This document shows, one piece after another, positions 1 through 9,565 of a stretch of 64,000 nt of DNA (within the stretch, counting starts at the first letter, position 1; each line of letters starts with the position of its first letter). This DNA comes from Melioribacteraceae bacterium (GTDB lineage Bacteria; Bacteroidota; Ignavibacteria; Ignavibacteriales; Melioribacteraceae): positions 20,019 through 84,018 of the forward strand of contig JAGFIY010000029.1 in NCBI GenBank assembly GCA_024103215.1. Direction: 5' to 3'. The translations under genes and the position numbers were made by a program. The notes below the pieces were generated by a model that was not told where the DNA came from, did not search any database, and saw only the letters and a list, made by a program, of their open reading frames with translations.

Positions 1-888
1 TTTGATCAAAACCGGAATACTGAACCCAACAATTATTGATAAATAGAACGCAGGCAGAACCAAAGCCGCTACTGGATTCAACGAAGTGAAAAATGTAATT
101 ACAGCTGTTGCAATCATAGATAAATAAAATCCTGCCGGTATAAGATGCCTTAAAGTCGCTGTCTTTTTATGCTTTCTTATAGTTGCAATCCGCCAATAAC
201 CGTATTGAAAGTACTGACTGAAAAGCTTTTGGGGATTTCCTCTTACGTGATAATAACTTTTGACTTTTGGCGATAGATAAACTTTAATTCCCTTCTGTTT
301 CATTCGATAATTAAACTCATCGTCTTGATTGCGAACAAAATATTCATCGAAGAGACCGACCTTTTCAAAAACGGTTCTCTTGAAGAAAGGCCAAAACGCT
401 CCCTCGGCATAGCCCTCGTAATCCGGTTTTCTATGATAAGCATTTCCGATTCCGATAATTGAAGACATTGCCTCAGCCGTCGCATCACCAAAAGGTGTAT
501 CTCCGATGCTTGTAATAGGACCTCCAATGCATTCACATTCGGGATGTTCTTCAAATAATTTTAGTCCGTTAGCTAAAAAGTATTCATCGTAAATTGTGTG
601 AGCATCGCATCTGACAATTATTTCACCCTGTGAGATTTTAATCGCCTTATTCAAACCTGGCGGTACTATTTTTTTGTCGTTGCTAAAAAGAATGATATTT
701 CTATATTTTTCTGAATAATCATCAACAATCTTATATGTGTTGTCATCACTCATACCATCGGCTACGATAATCTCATATTCGTTGTTAATTTTTTTTTGAT
801 TTAATAAAGAGTCAAGACAACGTGAGATATATTTCTCTTCGTTTCGACAGATTATTAGAATGGAAAGTTTAATTTTCGTTTTCTTCAT
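1..888 (-). CDS. glycosyltransferase family 2 (partial; C-terminal end runs off the window start)
   Basis: Absent from the supplied ORF track. Hand translation from the ATG at 888 gives 296 codons with no stop down to position 1: MKKTKIKLSILIICRNEEKYISRCLDSLLNQ...YEIIVADGMSDDNT...IVRCDAHT...FVRNQDDEFNYRM, followed by hydrophobic C-terminal helices. This is the GT-A/GT2 motif layout. Confidence 0.8.
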   Translation of the reverse strand, partial: MKKTKIKLSILIICRNEEKYISRCLDSLLNQKKINNEYEIIVADGMSDDNTYKIVDDYSEKYRNIILFSNDKKIVPPGLNKAIKISQGEIIVRCDAHTIYDEYFLANGLKLFEEHPECECIGGPITSIGDTPFGDATAEAMSSIIGIGNAYHRKPDYEGYAEGAFWPFFKRTVFEKVGLFDEYFVRNQDDEFNYRMKQKGIKVYLSPKVKSYYHVRGNPQKLFSQYFQYGYWRIATIRKHKKTATLRHLIPAGFYLSMIATAVITFFTSLNPVAALVLPAFYLSIIVGFSIPVLIK

Positions 889-894
889 TTTTGA

Positions 895-2010
895 TTAAAC
901 GTTTCTTAAAAGCAAGTCATATTGTTGAATCTGTTCATTAAGATTTTTTTCAAAACTGTAAGTATCAATTACAAACTTTCTTCCTTGATCACCCATTTTA
1001 GTTCTCAGTTCTTCATCAACCACAAGCTTTTCTATTTTTTCAGACAATTTCATAATATTTTTTGGCTCAACTAAAAATCCGGTCACTCCATCCACAACTA
1101 CTTCAGGTAAACCGCCAATGTTTGATGCGATCACGGGTTTAGCACAGGCTGACGATTCCAAAACAGAGACACCAAAGCTTTCGCCGCTTTCTGTTGAAGG
1201 GTACACTGCAATCGATAAATTTCTATGATAATCCGGAACTGTTTTATAATCAACTCTGCCTGTAAATACTGTATCTTCTACAAGATCAAGATCGGCAACC
1301 AACTTTTTATATTTCTCCAGCATTCGTCCTCCTCCTACTATCAATAATTTAAGAGAAGTGTTTTTCAGTTTCTGTGAAACAATAGAAAAAGCGTTTATTA
1401 AATACTCGATTCCATATTTTTCTTCCATTGTTTTTACGGCTCCAATAACAACATCATTTTCTGCGAAATATTTCATGTAACTTCCGGGAGAAAATATTTT
1501 TGTATCAATGCCAAATGGAATTACAGCAATATTCTTATTAGTGTACTTTAGTATCTCCTTCGCCATTATTTTACTTGTGGAGAACAATTTATCGGCTCGA
1601 TTCAAATTAAATTGGAATATTTTCTTATGAAGGATTGAGAGATTAGGGAATACAAATACGTCGTTGCCCCAAACTGAAATACACATCGGATGATAATTAG
1701 TTAATGCACACAGCAAAGCATAACTAGTAGCATAATGAGCATGCAGGATATCCGGTTTAAACTCACGTAGCAACTCTCTCAATTTACTCAAAGCTTTTAC
1801 GTACACAACTTTTGAAATTGCACCATCATCCTTCTTTTGTAAATTCTCCGAAAAATTTACTGATTCAATTCTAACCGAGGAATTATACCACTCCTCTTTA
1901 GGATTTGAAAATCCCAATAAAAGTATTTCATAATTCATTTCTGCTAGACCATTAACCCATTTTTGAGTATGAGGAGCAGCAGGATCGGCACAAATTAATA
2001 ATTTAGTCAT
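895..2010 (-). CDS. glycosyltransferase family 4 (GT-B fold)
   Basis: 371 aa. C-terminal signature SESFGVSVLESSACAKPVIASNIGGLPEVVVDGVTGFLVEP, typical of GT4/GT1 retaining transferases. Confidence 0.85.
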   Translation of the reverse strand: MTKLLICADPAAPHTQKWVNGLAEMNYEILLLGFSNPKEEWYNSSVRIESVNFSENLQKKDDGAISKVVYVKALSKLRELLREFKPDILHAHYATSYALLCALTNYHPMCISVWGNDVFVFPNLSILHKKIFQFNLNRADKLFSTSKIMAKEILKYTNKNIAVIPFGIDTKIFSPGSYMKYFAENDVVIGAVKTMEEKYGIEYLINAFSIVSQKLKNTSLKLLIVGGGRMLEKYKKLVADLDLVEDTVFTGRVDYKTVPDYHRNLSIAVYPSTESGESFGVSVLESSACAKPVIASNIGGLPEVVVDGVTGFLVEPKNIMKLSEKIEKLVVDEELRTKMGDQGRKFVIDTYSFEKNLNEQIQQYDLLLRNV

Positions 2011-2706
2011 TCATTTATTTTGTTTGATACATTTTGCAAATAATATATAACGCATTCTTGCTGGGATAAATGGATTAATAAATTGATCAAAAAAACTTAA
2101 TAGATATTTTAGCAATTTATAGTATCCAAAAATTCCCAAGAAACCATAACTTGAAAAATACCTCATCTCAAATTTCGAAAAAAGCACTTCCTTCTCCTCA
2201 TAATCCAAGTACAACCAAGAGTCCCCCCACCGAACAAATTTTCTTCTTAAAAATTGATGCAGCTTCGATGCTTTTAAGTTTTCTGCAAAATAAAGTATAC
2301 CTCCGGGTTTAAGAACACGATAAATTTCATCGACGGCGTAAGTTTGCTTTTTTCTATCTCTTAATCCTCCCAGAACAGATTTAAAACTCACAATATCAAA
2401 GCAATTATCCTCAAACGGAAGTTTCAAAACATCTGCATTTTTATATTCAATTAGCCTATCAACTTTATATAATTTATGAAGTTGCTTTCCTTGTTCGGTA
2501 ATGCCGTTCAAATCGGTCGAAGTCACTTTTCCATGCTGCAAAGCAAATAGCAAAGTCAGTCCACCGTTCCGCTCTCCGATTGTTAATATCCTCTTATCCT
2601 TGATTCTAGGTTCCACCAAATCCCAAAAGTCCAGCACTTTAGACCAATTTATAACATCCCACTCGAATATATCATTCAATTCTTTTTTAGAAAATTTTTT
2701 GTTCAT
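2011..2706 (-). CDS. class I SAM-dependent methyltransferase
   Basis: Motifs ILTIGERNGGLTL and VLKPGGILYFAE. I moved the start to MNKKF (2706), because the longest ORF start (2745) reaches 59 nt into the upstream gene. Confidence 0.7.
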   Translation of the reverse strand: MNKKFSKKELNDIFEWDVINWSKVLDFWDLVEPRIKDKRILTIGERNGGLTLLFALQHGKVTSTDLNGITEQGKQLHKLYKVDRLIEYKNADVLKLPFEDNCFDIVSFKSVLGGLRDRKKQTYAVDEIYRVLKPGGILYFAENLKASKLHQFLRRKFVRWGDSWLYLDYEEKEVLFSKFEMRYFSSYGFLGIFGYYKLLKYLLSFFDQFINPFIPARMRYILFAKCIKQNK

Positions 2707-4102
2707 CAATCTCTTCTTTAAAAGTAAGATGAAGCAACAAAACAATAATCAACCAAAATGGAAGATCATATAAAATTTGACCATAACTCAACATATTTGC
2801 CCACTCGAATAAACCTCTTACAAAAAATGCAACTCCTAATGCAAAAAACAATACTCTATATTCATTGTTTATTTTAGGACTATTATTGATATTCTTTCTT
2901 AATAAAGTTTTGAAATAAACAAATGGTAAGGAAATTGATATTAATAAACCGGGGAAACCAAGATCAGTGAACATAAACAGATAAAAATTATGTGCGAAAC
3001 CGTAATCAACTAGATCATATTTTGATGCAATCCACATCTCCTGTGGTGTTCCGATAAGATAAGGTAAAGATTTGTAAACATAAAATTTTGTTGCAGCTGG
3101 GCCATATCCCCAAAAAGAGTTATCCGATATTAATTCTGAAGTGACGTTCCAAATAAAATCACGCCCTGACAATAAATTCTCAAATCTAAATAACGTTGAA
3201 AGTGAATCGTACAAAGGAGTATTGAAAATGATCAATAAAGATGTAACAATAATTACGAGAAAAGTATAAACAAATTTCCATCGATATTTATAAAGAAAGA
3301 TTATGCTTATTGCAACAAAATTCGAAAGAATTGCTGCTCTTGACGTTGTTAGAATAATACCGATGAAAAACAATACAAAAAATATTAGATAGATATAACG
3401 AAGAAGATCCTTGCGAAATAAATATTCAATCAAAGAAAGACATATCACTATTAAGAAAACGATACCGATTGCATTTTTATTTATATATGTATTTTTCTCT
3501 ACATCTAAACCTGTGATTGCCATTTCAATCATATTATAATCGAACAGAAACAACTGATAGAATAAAAAAATGAAATAAACAAAACCTATTACAAAAAGCG
3601 AACCACTGAATATTTGTTTGATATCTTTTGAATCGACCACAGAATAGTAGAGGTACACAAGTATAAAAAAAGCTATCGTCCTGAATAATTGCACAATACC
3701 TTCAGTTCGGTATTCCGAGAACAAACTCGATAACAATATAATTGATATGAATACTCCGATAAAAACTGATACGATTACAGGAACTCTTGGATATTTATGA
3801 AATTCCAATCCGTATTTTTCGATAAACAAATAGAAAAGCAAAAGAAAATTGAATACTTGAATTAAAGTTCTAATCTCAATGCTGATTGAAGACGGAACTG
3901 CGAGAAATGTGATTATTGATCCGGCAATTAAAACCTTCTTTCCATAAATAGAGACAGTAAATAAATAGGCGCCAATTAGAAGAAACACAAGAGCATAATC
4001 GTTAAAGAGAGATCCAACAAGCGCGATGAATATTAAAATAGAAGGCAATAAATAATTGCTGCGTTTACTAAAAACTATATCCAACGTTTTAATCAAGTTC
4101 AT
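2687..4102 (-). CDS. O-antigen ligase/polymerase-like (Wzy_C family) polytopic membrane protein
   Basis: 471 aa with at least 10 hydrophobic helices. Has the loop ILTTSRAAILSNF typical of the O-antigen ligase family and is embedded in a glycosyltransferase operon. Confidence 0.6.
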   Translation of the reverse strand: MNLIKTLDIVFSKRSNYLLPSILIFIALVGSLFNDYALVFLLIGAYLFTVSIYGKKVLIAGSIITFLAVPSSISIEIRTLIQVFNFLLLFYLFIEKYGLEFHKYPRVPVIVSVFIGVFISIILLSSLFSEYRTEGIVQLFRTIAFFILVYLYYSVVDSKDIKQIFSGSLFVIGFVYFIFLFYQLFLFDYNMIEMAITGLDVEKNTYINKNAIGIVFLIVICLSLIEYLFRKDLLRYIYLIFFVLFFIGIILTTSRAAILSNFVAISIIFLYKYRWKFVYTFLVIIVTSLLIIFNTPLYDSLSTLFRFENLLSGRDFIWNVTSELISDNSFWGYGPAATKFYVYKSLPYLIGTPQEMWIASKYDLVDYGFAHNFYLFMFTDLGFPGLLISISLPFVYFKTLLRKNINNSPKINNEYRVLFFALGVAFFVRGLFEWANMLSYGQILYDLPFWLIIVLLLHLTFKEEIDEQKIF

Positions 4103-4824
4103 TTACTCAAATTGTCTTTTAACAGTTTTCTAACTACGAAACAGTAATGACCACAAAATAAAAGTTTGATATAATTTACATCCCTCACTTTTAGCTTTTT
4201 CAATTTAGCAGCAAGATTAATAATTTTATTTAAGGGTGATTCCCTGATGAACCATCTGTTAAAAAATTTAGGATAATTTAAAAGTCTTCTCATAATTAGA
4301 GTTATACCATCAATTCCGGGTCGAAACAAATCTACTTTTAACCCGGCTTCTCGGCACAAAAATGAAAAACCATACGGAGTGAAATTAAAATGACTATATG
4401 AATGATAAGGCTCCAAATGTGAAGTTGAACCCACGAGACAACCACCATCTTTTAATACTCTTTTCAGTTCTTTCATCAATTCCAAAGGAAATTGAACGTG
4501 TTCAAAAACTTGCCGACAATAAACTAAGTCAAATGAATTAGAGTCAAATGGAATATTAATTCCGTCAAAGCTAAAAATTCTTTCATTTTCCGTTGTACGT
4601 CTTTTAACTTCAGGTGAATCTTCTATATCCAAACCAAACCACTCAATTTCATTTGAAATTTCACTGAAGAACTTAATAGAATTTCCTTCTCCACACCCAA
4701 GATCCAAAACTTTTTTTATACTTTTATCGCTCTTAATCAAGTCGCTAGTGATCTTTTCAGCTGTTGACTGATGATAATTATCATTAGGCAGCGGCCAATC
4801 TTGAGGTATTCTATCAAGACGCAT
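4099..4824 (-). CDS. class I SAM-dependent methyltransferase
   Basis: Motif I VLDLGCGEGNS, then FDLVYCRQVFEHV and LKDGGCLVG. Overlaps the downstream gene by 4 nt. Confidence 0.8.
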   Translation of the reverse strand: MRLDRIPQDWPLPNDNYHQSTAEKITSDLIKSDKSIKKVLDLGCGEGNSIKFFSEISNEIEWFGLDIEDSPEVKRRTTENERIFSFDGINIPFDSNSFDLVYCRQVFEHVQFPLELMKELKRVLKDGGCLVGSTSHLEPYHSYSHFNFTPYGFSFLCREAGLKVDLFRPGIDGITLIMRRLLNYPKFFNRWFIRESPLNKIINLAAKLKKLKVRDVNYIKLLFCGHYCFVVRKLLKDNLSK

Positions 4825-5890
4825 TTATTTTCTCAATAATTTTACAAATTTGATTATACACCTCATCAACACTTAGTTGATTCATACATTTATGATCATC
4901 ACAAAGCAAACCGCCCATTAAGTAGCAATAATTTTCTGTGGTCGGTCTGCACTCAGCGTTACCAAATATTTCAAAATTATTCTCTCCATATGGCTTACAA
5001 TAGTTTGGATTCGTCGGACCATATATCGCAATTGTAAATTTACCTAACATGTCAGCCAAATGAATCGGACCGCTGTCATTCCCAATTAGTAAATCGTGCT
5101 CACGAATTTCGTAAAATAAATCATCAATAGTTTTAAGTTTGGTTATTCGCTCATCTTTTATACTTTCACTGTTTTCAGCAATAAGTTTTACTTCATAATT
5201 TGTTTTCAATCTTTTTGCGAGTGCTATGAAGTTATTTATCCCCCACTCTTTTGCTGCCCAGCCGCCAAAAGGATGAATAAGAATTCTGCCTTTGAAATTC
5301 GTACTTTCTTTCTTTAATACAAAATTATCAATCTCTGCTGTCGAGTCAATTAATCTAACAACATCAAAATACTTATCCCTCAGATGAGGGATTGATCGCT
5401 CAGTCACCCATTCATCGTAAATCGATTTTAAATAATGATTCGAAAAACCGATTAGTTTTCTATAACCGGTCAAACTCACCAATGAAACCGAAACTATTGA
5501 GCCCGTTATATCGATAATTGTTTCACTTGATTTCGATCTTAAAACTTTCCGTGCATTTTTTGAAGCAATTCTAGTTCCCCATAGAAATTCACTTTTTTTA
5601 ACAGAATCAATTTCCAAATTTGGAAACGCAAATTTATACAATGTCACTGTCGAATCCCAGCAGAGTAATGTTATGGGTCTTTGATGATTTTGGATAAAAT
5701 AATTCACCGTCGGAAATGTGAGTATGCTGTCACCTAACTTATGAAGTGATATAATTGTTAATGTATTGTTGTACTTTTTACCCGAATAGATGAACCTGTT
5801 AAGAACTCTTAGTAAGTACATAGCAGCATTTACAGTTTTTCCTATTACAGCGTCGAGAAACCGATTATTACTTATTCTATAAAGAAGCAT
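4814..5890 (-). CDS. glycosyltransferase family 9 (heptosyltransferase-like)
   Basis: N-terminal ISLHKLGDSILTFP and C-terminal LIGNDSGPIHLADMLG signatures of the ADP-heptose:LPS heptosyltransferase family. Confidence 0.8.
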   Translation of the reverse strand: MLLYRISNNRFLDAVIGKTVNAAMYLLRVLNRFIYSGKKYNNTLTIISLHKLGDSILTFPTVNYFIQNHQRPITLLCWDSTVTLYKFAFPNLEIDSVKKSEFLWGTRIASKNARKVLRSKSSETIIDITGSIVSVSLVSLTGYRKLIGFSNHYLKSIYDEWVTERSIPHLRDKYFDVVRLIDSTAEIDNFVLKKESTNFKGRILIHPFGGWAAKEWGINNFIALAKRLKTNYEVKLIAENSESIKDERITKLKTIDDLFYEIREHDLLIGNDSGPIHLADMLGKFTIAIYGPTNPNYCKPYGENNFEIFGNAECRPTTENYCYLMGGLLCDDHKCMNQLSVDEVYNQICKIIEKINAS

Positions 5891-7055
5891 TTACATTCAA
5901 ATAATTATTTAGAACATATTTATATGTCAATTCGGCTATTTTTTGTGTAACCAAATTACCCGGATGATTATTAACCGGACTTGCCCACAATTCATACGGT
6001 TCATAATCCGAAAAAGTATATTCAATTTCCAGGAAAAGATTATAGTGTGGAATATTAAGTTCCTTCATTATTGCAGAAATTTTGTCGAAATAATCACCGA
6101 TGATCGCTGAATTATTCTCCGGGGTGAAAAGAAAGAAATATTCTATTCCCTCTGAGTTTAGAAATTCTTTGTAGTCTTTCAATAGTTTCTTATAATTAAT
6201 GAGATTTTCCTGATTATAAATATTTTCAAGCCATTCATCATAAGAAATCCCAAAAAGTTCAGCGCCTATTATAGAAGTGTAGTCAAATAACAATGAGAGA
6301 ATATTTCCTAATAATTTGCCCGGATATTTGTAAACCAAATTTCTATATACAAATCCGCCTCTTCTAAAGAAATAATAATCATATGTATTCTGATTTATAG
6401 GATCGTTGATTACAAAAGTATTTATAAGCAAATCAGGTTTATATTTATAACCTTCTGTCTTCATAAATTCGATTTGATCATAACTCGACCATGCATTTCT
6501 TCCCCAATGCAGCACCTCAATTCCGTCGTAATTTTTGTTAAGAAAATTCTCTAGTTTCCTCGTCCATCTAACCGAATCCTCAACACCATGACCCCAAACA
6601 AACGAATCGCCGATGATTGCAATCCTATATGCATCAATTGGTTTTTTAATCTCGTGATTTATATCGTTAAATCCATAATTATTTTGATAAGCCACTTGAC
6701 TATTTTTTTTATTTAAAGAATAATCTGCTAACTGAAGTTCCAAAGGTGCCCAGATTTTTTGTTTTGCAATCAGATCACTTAATCCTAATCTTAATCCAAT
6801 TTCAAGAACAGCCAAAACAACAAAAATTGAAATTGTCACCATCATTAGTTTTGAAAAATATCTTTGTTTGTAAATCAATGTTAAAATACCTGATAAAACA
6901 AAAGACAACGATATTAACCAAAGAAATATTTTTTCGCCTAAGTCAAGAAGAACATCATTATTAACAATCATTAACAACACGAATGGAGTTAGACAAATTC
7001 CAATAATTAATAAAATTAAAGACATTATGATAAAAATCTTATGTTTACTCTTCAT
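5877..7055 (-). CDS. membrane-anchored SGNH/GDSL-type hydrolase
   Basis: About 3 N-terminal TM helices, followed by the block I motif IAIIGDSFVWGHG. Confidence 0.6.
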   Translation of the reverse strand: MKSKHKIFIIMSLILLIIGICLTPFVLLMIVNNDVLLDLGEKIFLWLISLSFVLSGILTLIYKQRYFSKLMMVTISIFVVLAVLEIGLRLGLSDLIAKQKIWAPLELQLADYSLNKKNSQVAYQNNYGFNDINHEIKKPIDAYRIAIIGDSFVWGHGVEDSVRWTRKLENFLNKNYDGIEVLHWGRNAWSSYDQIEFMKTEGYKYKPDLLINTFVINDPINQNTYDYYFFRRGGFVYRNLVYKYPGKLLGNILSLLFDYTSIIGAELFGISYDEWLENIYNQENLINYKKLLKDYKEFLNSEGIEYFFLFTPENNSAIIGDYFDKISAIMKELNIPHYNLFLEIEYTFSDYEPYELWASPVNNHPGNLVTQKIAELTYKYVLNNYLNVNASL

Positions 7056-7071
7056 CTTTCTTAGAAAATAA

Positions 7072-8619
7072 TTATTTGTTGTTAAATGCTATAAAACCTG
7101 ATATTTGTTTTCTTATCGTGACCGGAATTACTGTGAATGCAAAGAGCGAATAAAATATAATAAAGAGTAATATTTGAATTATTGATCTCAATATTTGTTC
7201 ATACAGAATTAAGTTTACAAGATGTGCGAGAGCTAAAGAAGCAGTTGCGGAGAAACCAAATGCAAATAAGAATTTCAACATATATTTCAGCGGCATTTTA
7301 ATTTTACTTCTAAACGAGATTATTATTGCCGCGGCAATCGAAATTATCACAAAAACTGCAACTGTTGTTAATGCTAATGCCTCTTCAAAATAAATTGGGA
7401 CAAGCAGTTTATTGAAAATGAACTTGGCGAAAAGACTGACAACCACAATTATTAGAAGTTGTTTAGTAAGCTTCATACTCAACATTAACTTGTTCAGAAT
7501 TCCGTAAACTGCATAAAAGATAAAACTCAATGAAAGTACAGATAACAAACTAGAGGTTTGTCTGGTAGCATCATTTGTAAATTCCCCTCTTTGAAAAACT
7601 AATTTTATTATTATTTCTGAATGTGCTGCTAATAATAAAGTTAACGGAATAAACACAAGCATTATGAAATAAATAGCATATGAGAATCTTTTCTGCAGAA
7701 GTTCAAAATCGCCTTCGGCAAAACTATTTGAAAACTTCGGCAGAAGAACCGTTGAAAATGATAGAACAATAATACTGATAGGAAGCAAATAAATAGTTTG
7801 AGCATAATTAAGAGAAGCAATTCCTCCCGGATTAACTGCTCCGTAAAAATATCTATCTACAAAAACAAAGGAAATTGTGATTATTTCTATTAAAGATATT
7901 GTTAAAAAATTCGTACTCCAATGATATTTAATAAGTCCATAATTAAGTCCGAAACTCAGATCCCCCCTCACTGAAAAGATAAGTACGACAAACTGAATAG
8001 TTACTCCGGCTAAGAATGCGAAAGGAATTACATAAACTGCTAATAACTCAGAAAAAAGAATAATTATCAGAAGAATAATCACATTCGCTCCCAGTTGAAT
8101 ATAACCTGGAATTTTGTAATTATATTTTACTTGATGATAGGCAGATATAATTGCTAATCCGAAAGACGAAGGAACCGTAAACAAGTATATTCTTAATAGT
8201 TTTACGGCAAGCGAAATTGATTCCGGATCCGTCTTATTTATATAAAATTTCATCAATAATGGAGATATTAAATAAAGTATTGTTGTAAGGATAATTCCAA
8301 TCAGCGAAAAGAATAAAAATGTTGAAGTGAAAAAGTTTTTTTTACTTTCTTTGTTTTCGTTTATTAGGCTTGAGTAAGCCGGAATAAAATAATTTTGTCC
8401 CAGATACAGCGCAGTTGTATTCAGTATTAAAGGAATTGTTGAACTAACAAGGAAAATGTCATATTTGTCCGAAATTCCAAAATTATTAGCAATTATTATT
8501 TCACGAAAAAATCCCACACCTTTACTGAGCAAGCTTAGTGAAGTCAGTAATATGGTAGCGCCGAGAATTGTTGAGAAACTTTTAGGAAATTTCTTCAGAA
8601 ATTCGAATATAAAATTCAC
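7072..8619 (-). CDS. murJ: lipid II flippase MurJ (MviN family, MOP superfamily)
   Basis: 515 aa, about 14 TM helices. The N-terminus LSKGVGFFREIIIANNFGISDKYDIFLVSSTIP parallels the MurJ SRVLGFxRDxxxAxxFG...DAF motif. Confidence 0.7.
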   Translation of the reverse strand: MNFIFEFLKKFPKSFSTILGATILLTSLSLLSKGVGFFREIIIANNFGISDKYDIFLVSSTIPLILNTTALYLGQNYFIPAYSSLINENKESKKNFFTSTFLFFSLIGIILTTILYLISPLLMKFYINKTDPESISLAVKLLRIYLFTVPSSFGLAIISAYHQVKYNYKIPGYIQLGANVIILLIIILFSELLAVYVIPFAFLAGVTIQFVVLIFSVRGDLSFGLNYGLIKYHWSTNFLTISLIEIITISFVFVDRYFYGAVNPGGIASLNYAQTIYLLPISIIVLSFSTVLLPKFSNSFAEGDFELLQKRFSYAIYFIMLVFIPLTLLLAAHSEIIIKLVFQRGEFTNDATRQTSSLLSVLSLSFIFYAVYGILNKLMLSMKLTKQLLIIVVVSLFAKFIFNKLLVPIYFEEALALTTVAVFVIISIAAAIIISFRSKIKMPLKYMLKFLFAFGFSATASLALAHLVNLILYEQILRSIIQILLFIIFYSLFAFTVIPVTIRKQISGFIAFNNK

Positions 8620-8715
8620 TTAAACACATTTATTTATAAAAGAATAAGAAAATATAAAAATAATACCGCTTTGGAAATATTGAACTAAAGACTTAAATTT
8701 ACTCCTCTAAAATTT

Positions 8716-8789
8716 GCGCCCGTAGCTCAATTGGATAGAGCGTTTGACTACGGATCAAAAGGTTGGGGGTTCGAATCCTCCCGGGCGTA
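8716..8789 (+). tRNA. tRNA-Arg (anticodon ACG)
   Basis: 74-nt cloverleaf folded by hand: acceptor GCGCCCG/CGGGCGT, D arm GCTC-AATTGGATA-GAGC, anticodon arm TTTGA-CTACGGA-TCAAA (ACG at 34-36), T arm GGGGG-TTCGAAT-CCTCC. CCA is not encoded. Confidence 0.9.
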
Positions 8790-8814
8790 CAATGCTGTTC
8801 TTTCTTTTTTGTCT

Positions 8815-8888
8815 GCGCCCGTAGCTCAATTGGATAGAGCATCTGACTTCGGATCAGAGGGTTGAGGGTTCGAGTCCTTCCGGGCGTA
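8815..8888 (+). tRNA. tRNA-Arg (anticodon TCG)
   Basis: 74-nt cloverleaf with the same acceptor and D arm as the upstream tRNA. Anticodon arm TCTGA-CTTCGGA-TCAGA (TCG), T arm GAGGG-TTCGAGT-CCTTC. Followed by an encoded CCA at 8889-8891. Confidence 0.9.
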
Positions 8889-9026
8889 CCAAAAGTGCAT
8901 TTTTTGTGTTTTTTGAACCTTTAATTCAATTTTTTAGACTGATATACTATAAGAGCAACGTCTTGGAATTTCAAAAGCAACCTTCATTAAGAATTTTTTC
9001 ATTTTAAACAACATTTTCCCTCATTT

Positions 9027-9503
9027 ATGATTTTTACCGAGAACAATTATAAATTTATGTTCGCTGCACTTGCAGAAGCCGAAAAAGCACTTGATAACGA
9101 TGATATCCCAGTGGGAGCAGTCGTGGTAAAAGATGATAGAATAATCGGCAAAGGTTATAATCAAGTTCAACTATTACATGACCCGACGGCTCATGCAGAA
9201 ATGCTCGCTATCACTGCAGCTTCAAATCATTTACAATCTTCAAATCTAACCGGCTGTGAACTTTATGTTTCTTTAGAACCTTGTTCGATGTGTGCAGGTG
9301 CCCTAATTAACGCAAGAATTTCTAAATTGTTTTTTTCAACTTTTGAACCCAAATATGGAGCCTGCGGATCAGTCTTTAATCTTGTTGAATCAAATGCCGT
9401 TAATCATAAGGTAGAAGTTTATTCAGGTATTTATGAAGAAGAAAGTAAAAAACTACTTAAAGATTTTTTTGAATCCTTGAGAAACCATAAAGATAATCTA
9501 TAA
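9027..9503 (+). CDS. tadA: tRNA adenosine(34) deaminase TadA
   Basis: 158 aa. CDA-fold zinc motifs HAEMLAI and LEPCSMCAGAL. Confidence 0.9.
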   Translation: MIFTENNYKFMFAALAEAEKALDNDDIPVGAVVVKDDRIIGKGYNQVQLLHDPTAHAEMLAITAASNHLQSSNLTGCELYVSLEPCSMCAGALINARISKLFFSTFEPKYGACGSVFNLVESNAVNHKVEVYSGIYEEESKKLLKDFFESLRNHKDNL

Positions 9504-9565
9504 TAGATAATTAGGTATTTTATTTATATGTTGGAAATATATTCTAAAACAAGTGAGAAAATTCG

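Noticed and set aside
300-554. 84-aa minus-strand ORF listed in the track
   Set aside because: It lies in a different frame, entirely inside the 296-codon open GT2 reading frame (1-888) that I translated by hand. Its sequence has no recognisable motif, so I treat it as a shadow ORF.
789-797. T9 homopolymer (A9 in the coding sense) near the 5' end of the GT2 gene, considered as a possible slipped-strand phase-variation tract
   Set aside because: Equally long A/T runs occur inside housekeeping genes (9 nt in gmhB at 53241-53249 and in mltG at 58668-58676) and in spacers (46041-46049). The run is a product of base composition, not a specific contingency locus.
8668-8699. Possible FCB-type promoter (TTTG-N20-TAAATTTA) upstream of the first tRNA-Arg
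   Set aside because: It matches the -33/-7 consensus only approximately. This genome also appears to use Shine-Dalgarno sites, so the promoter grammar is uncertain. Too weak to report as a feature.
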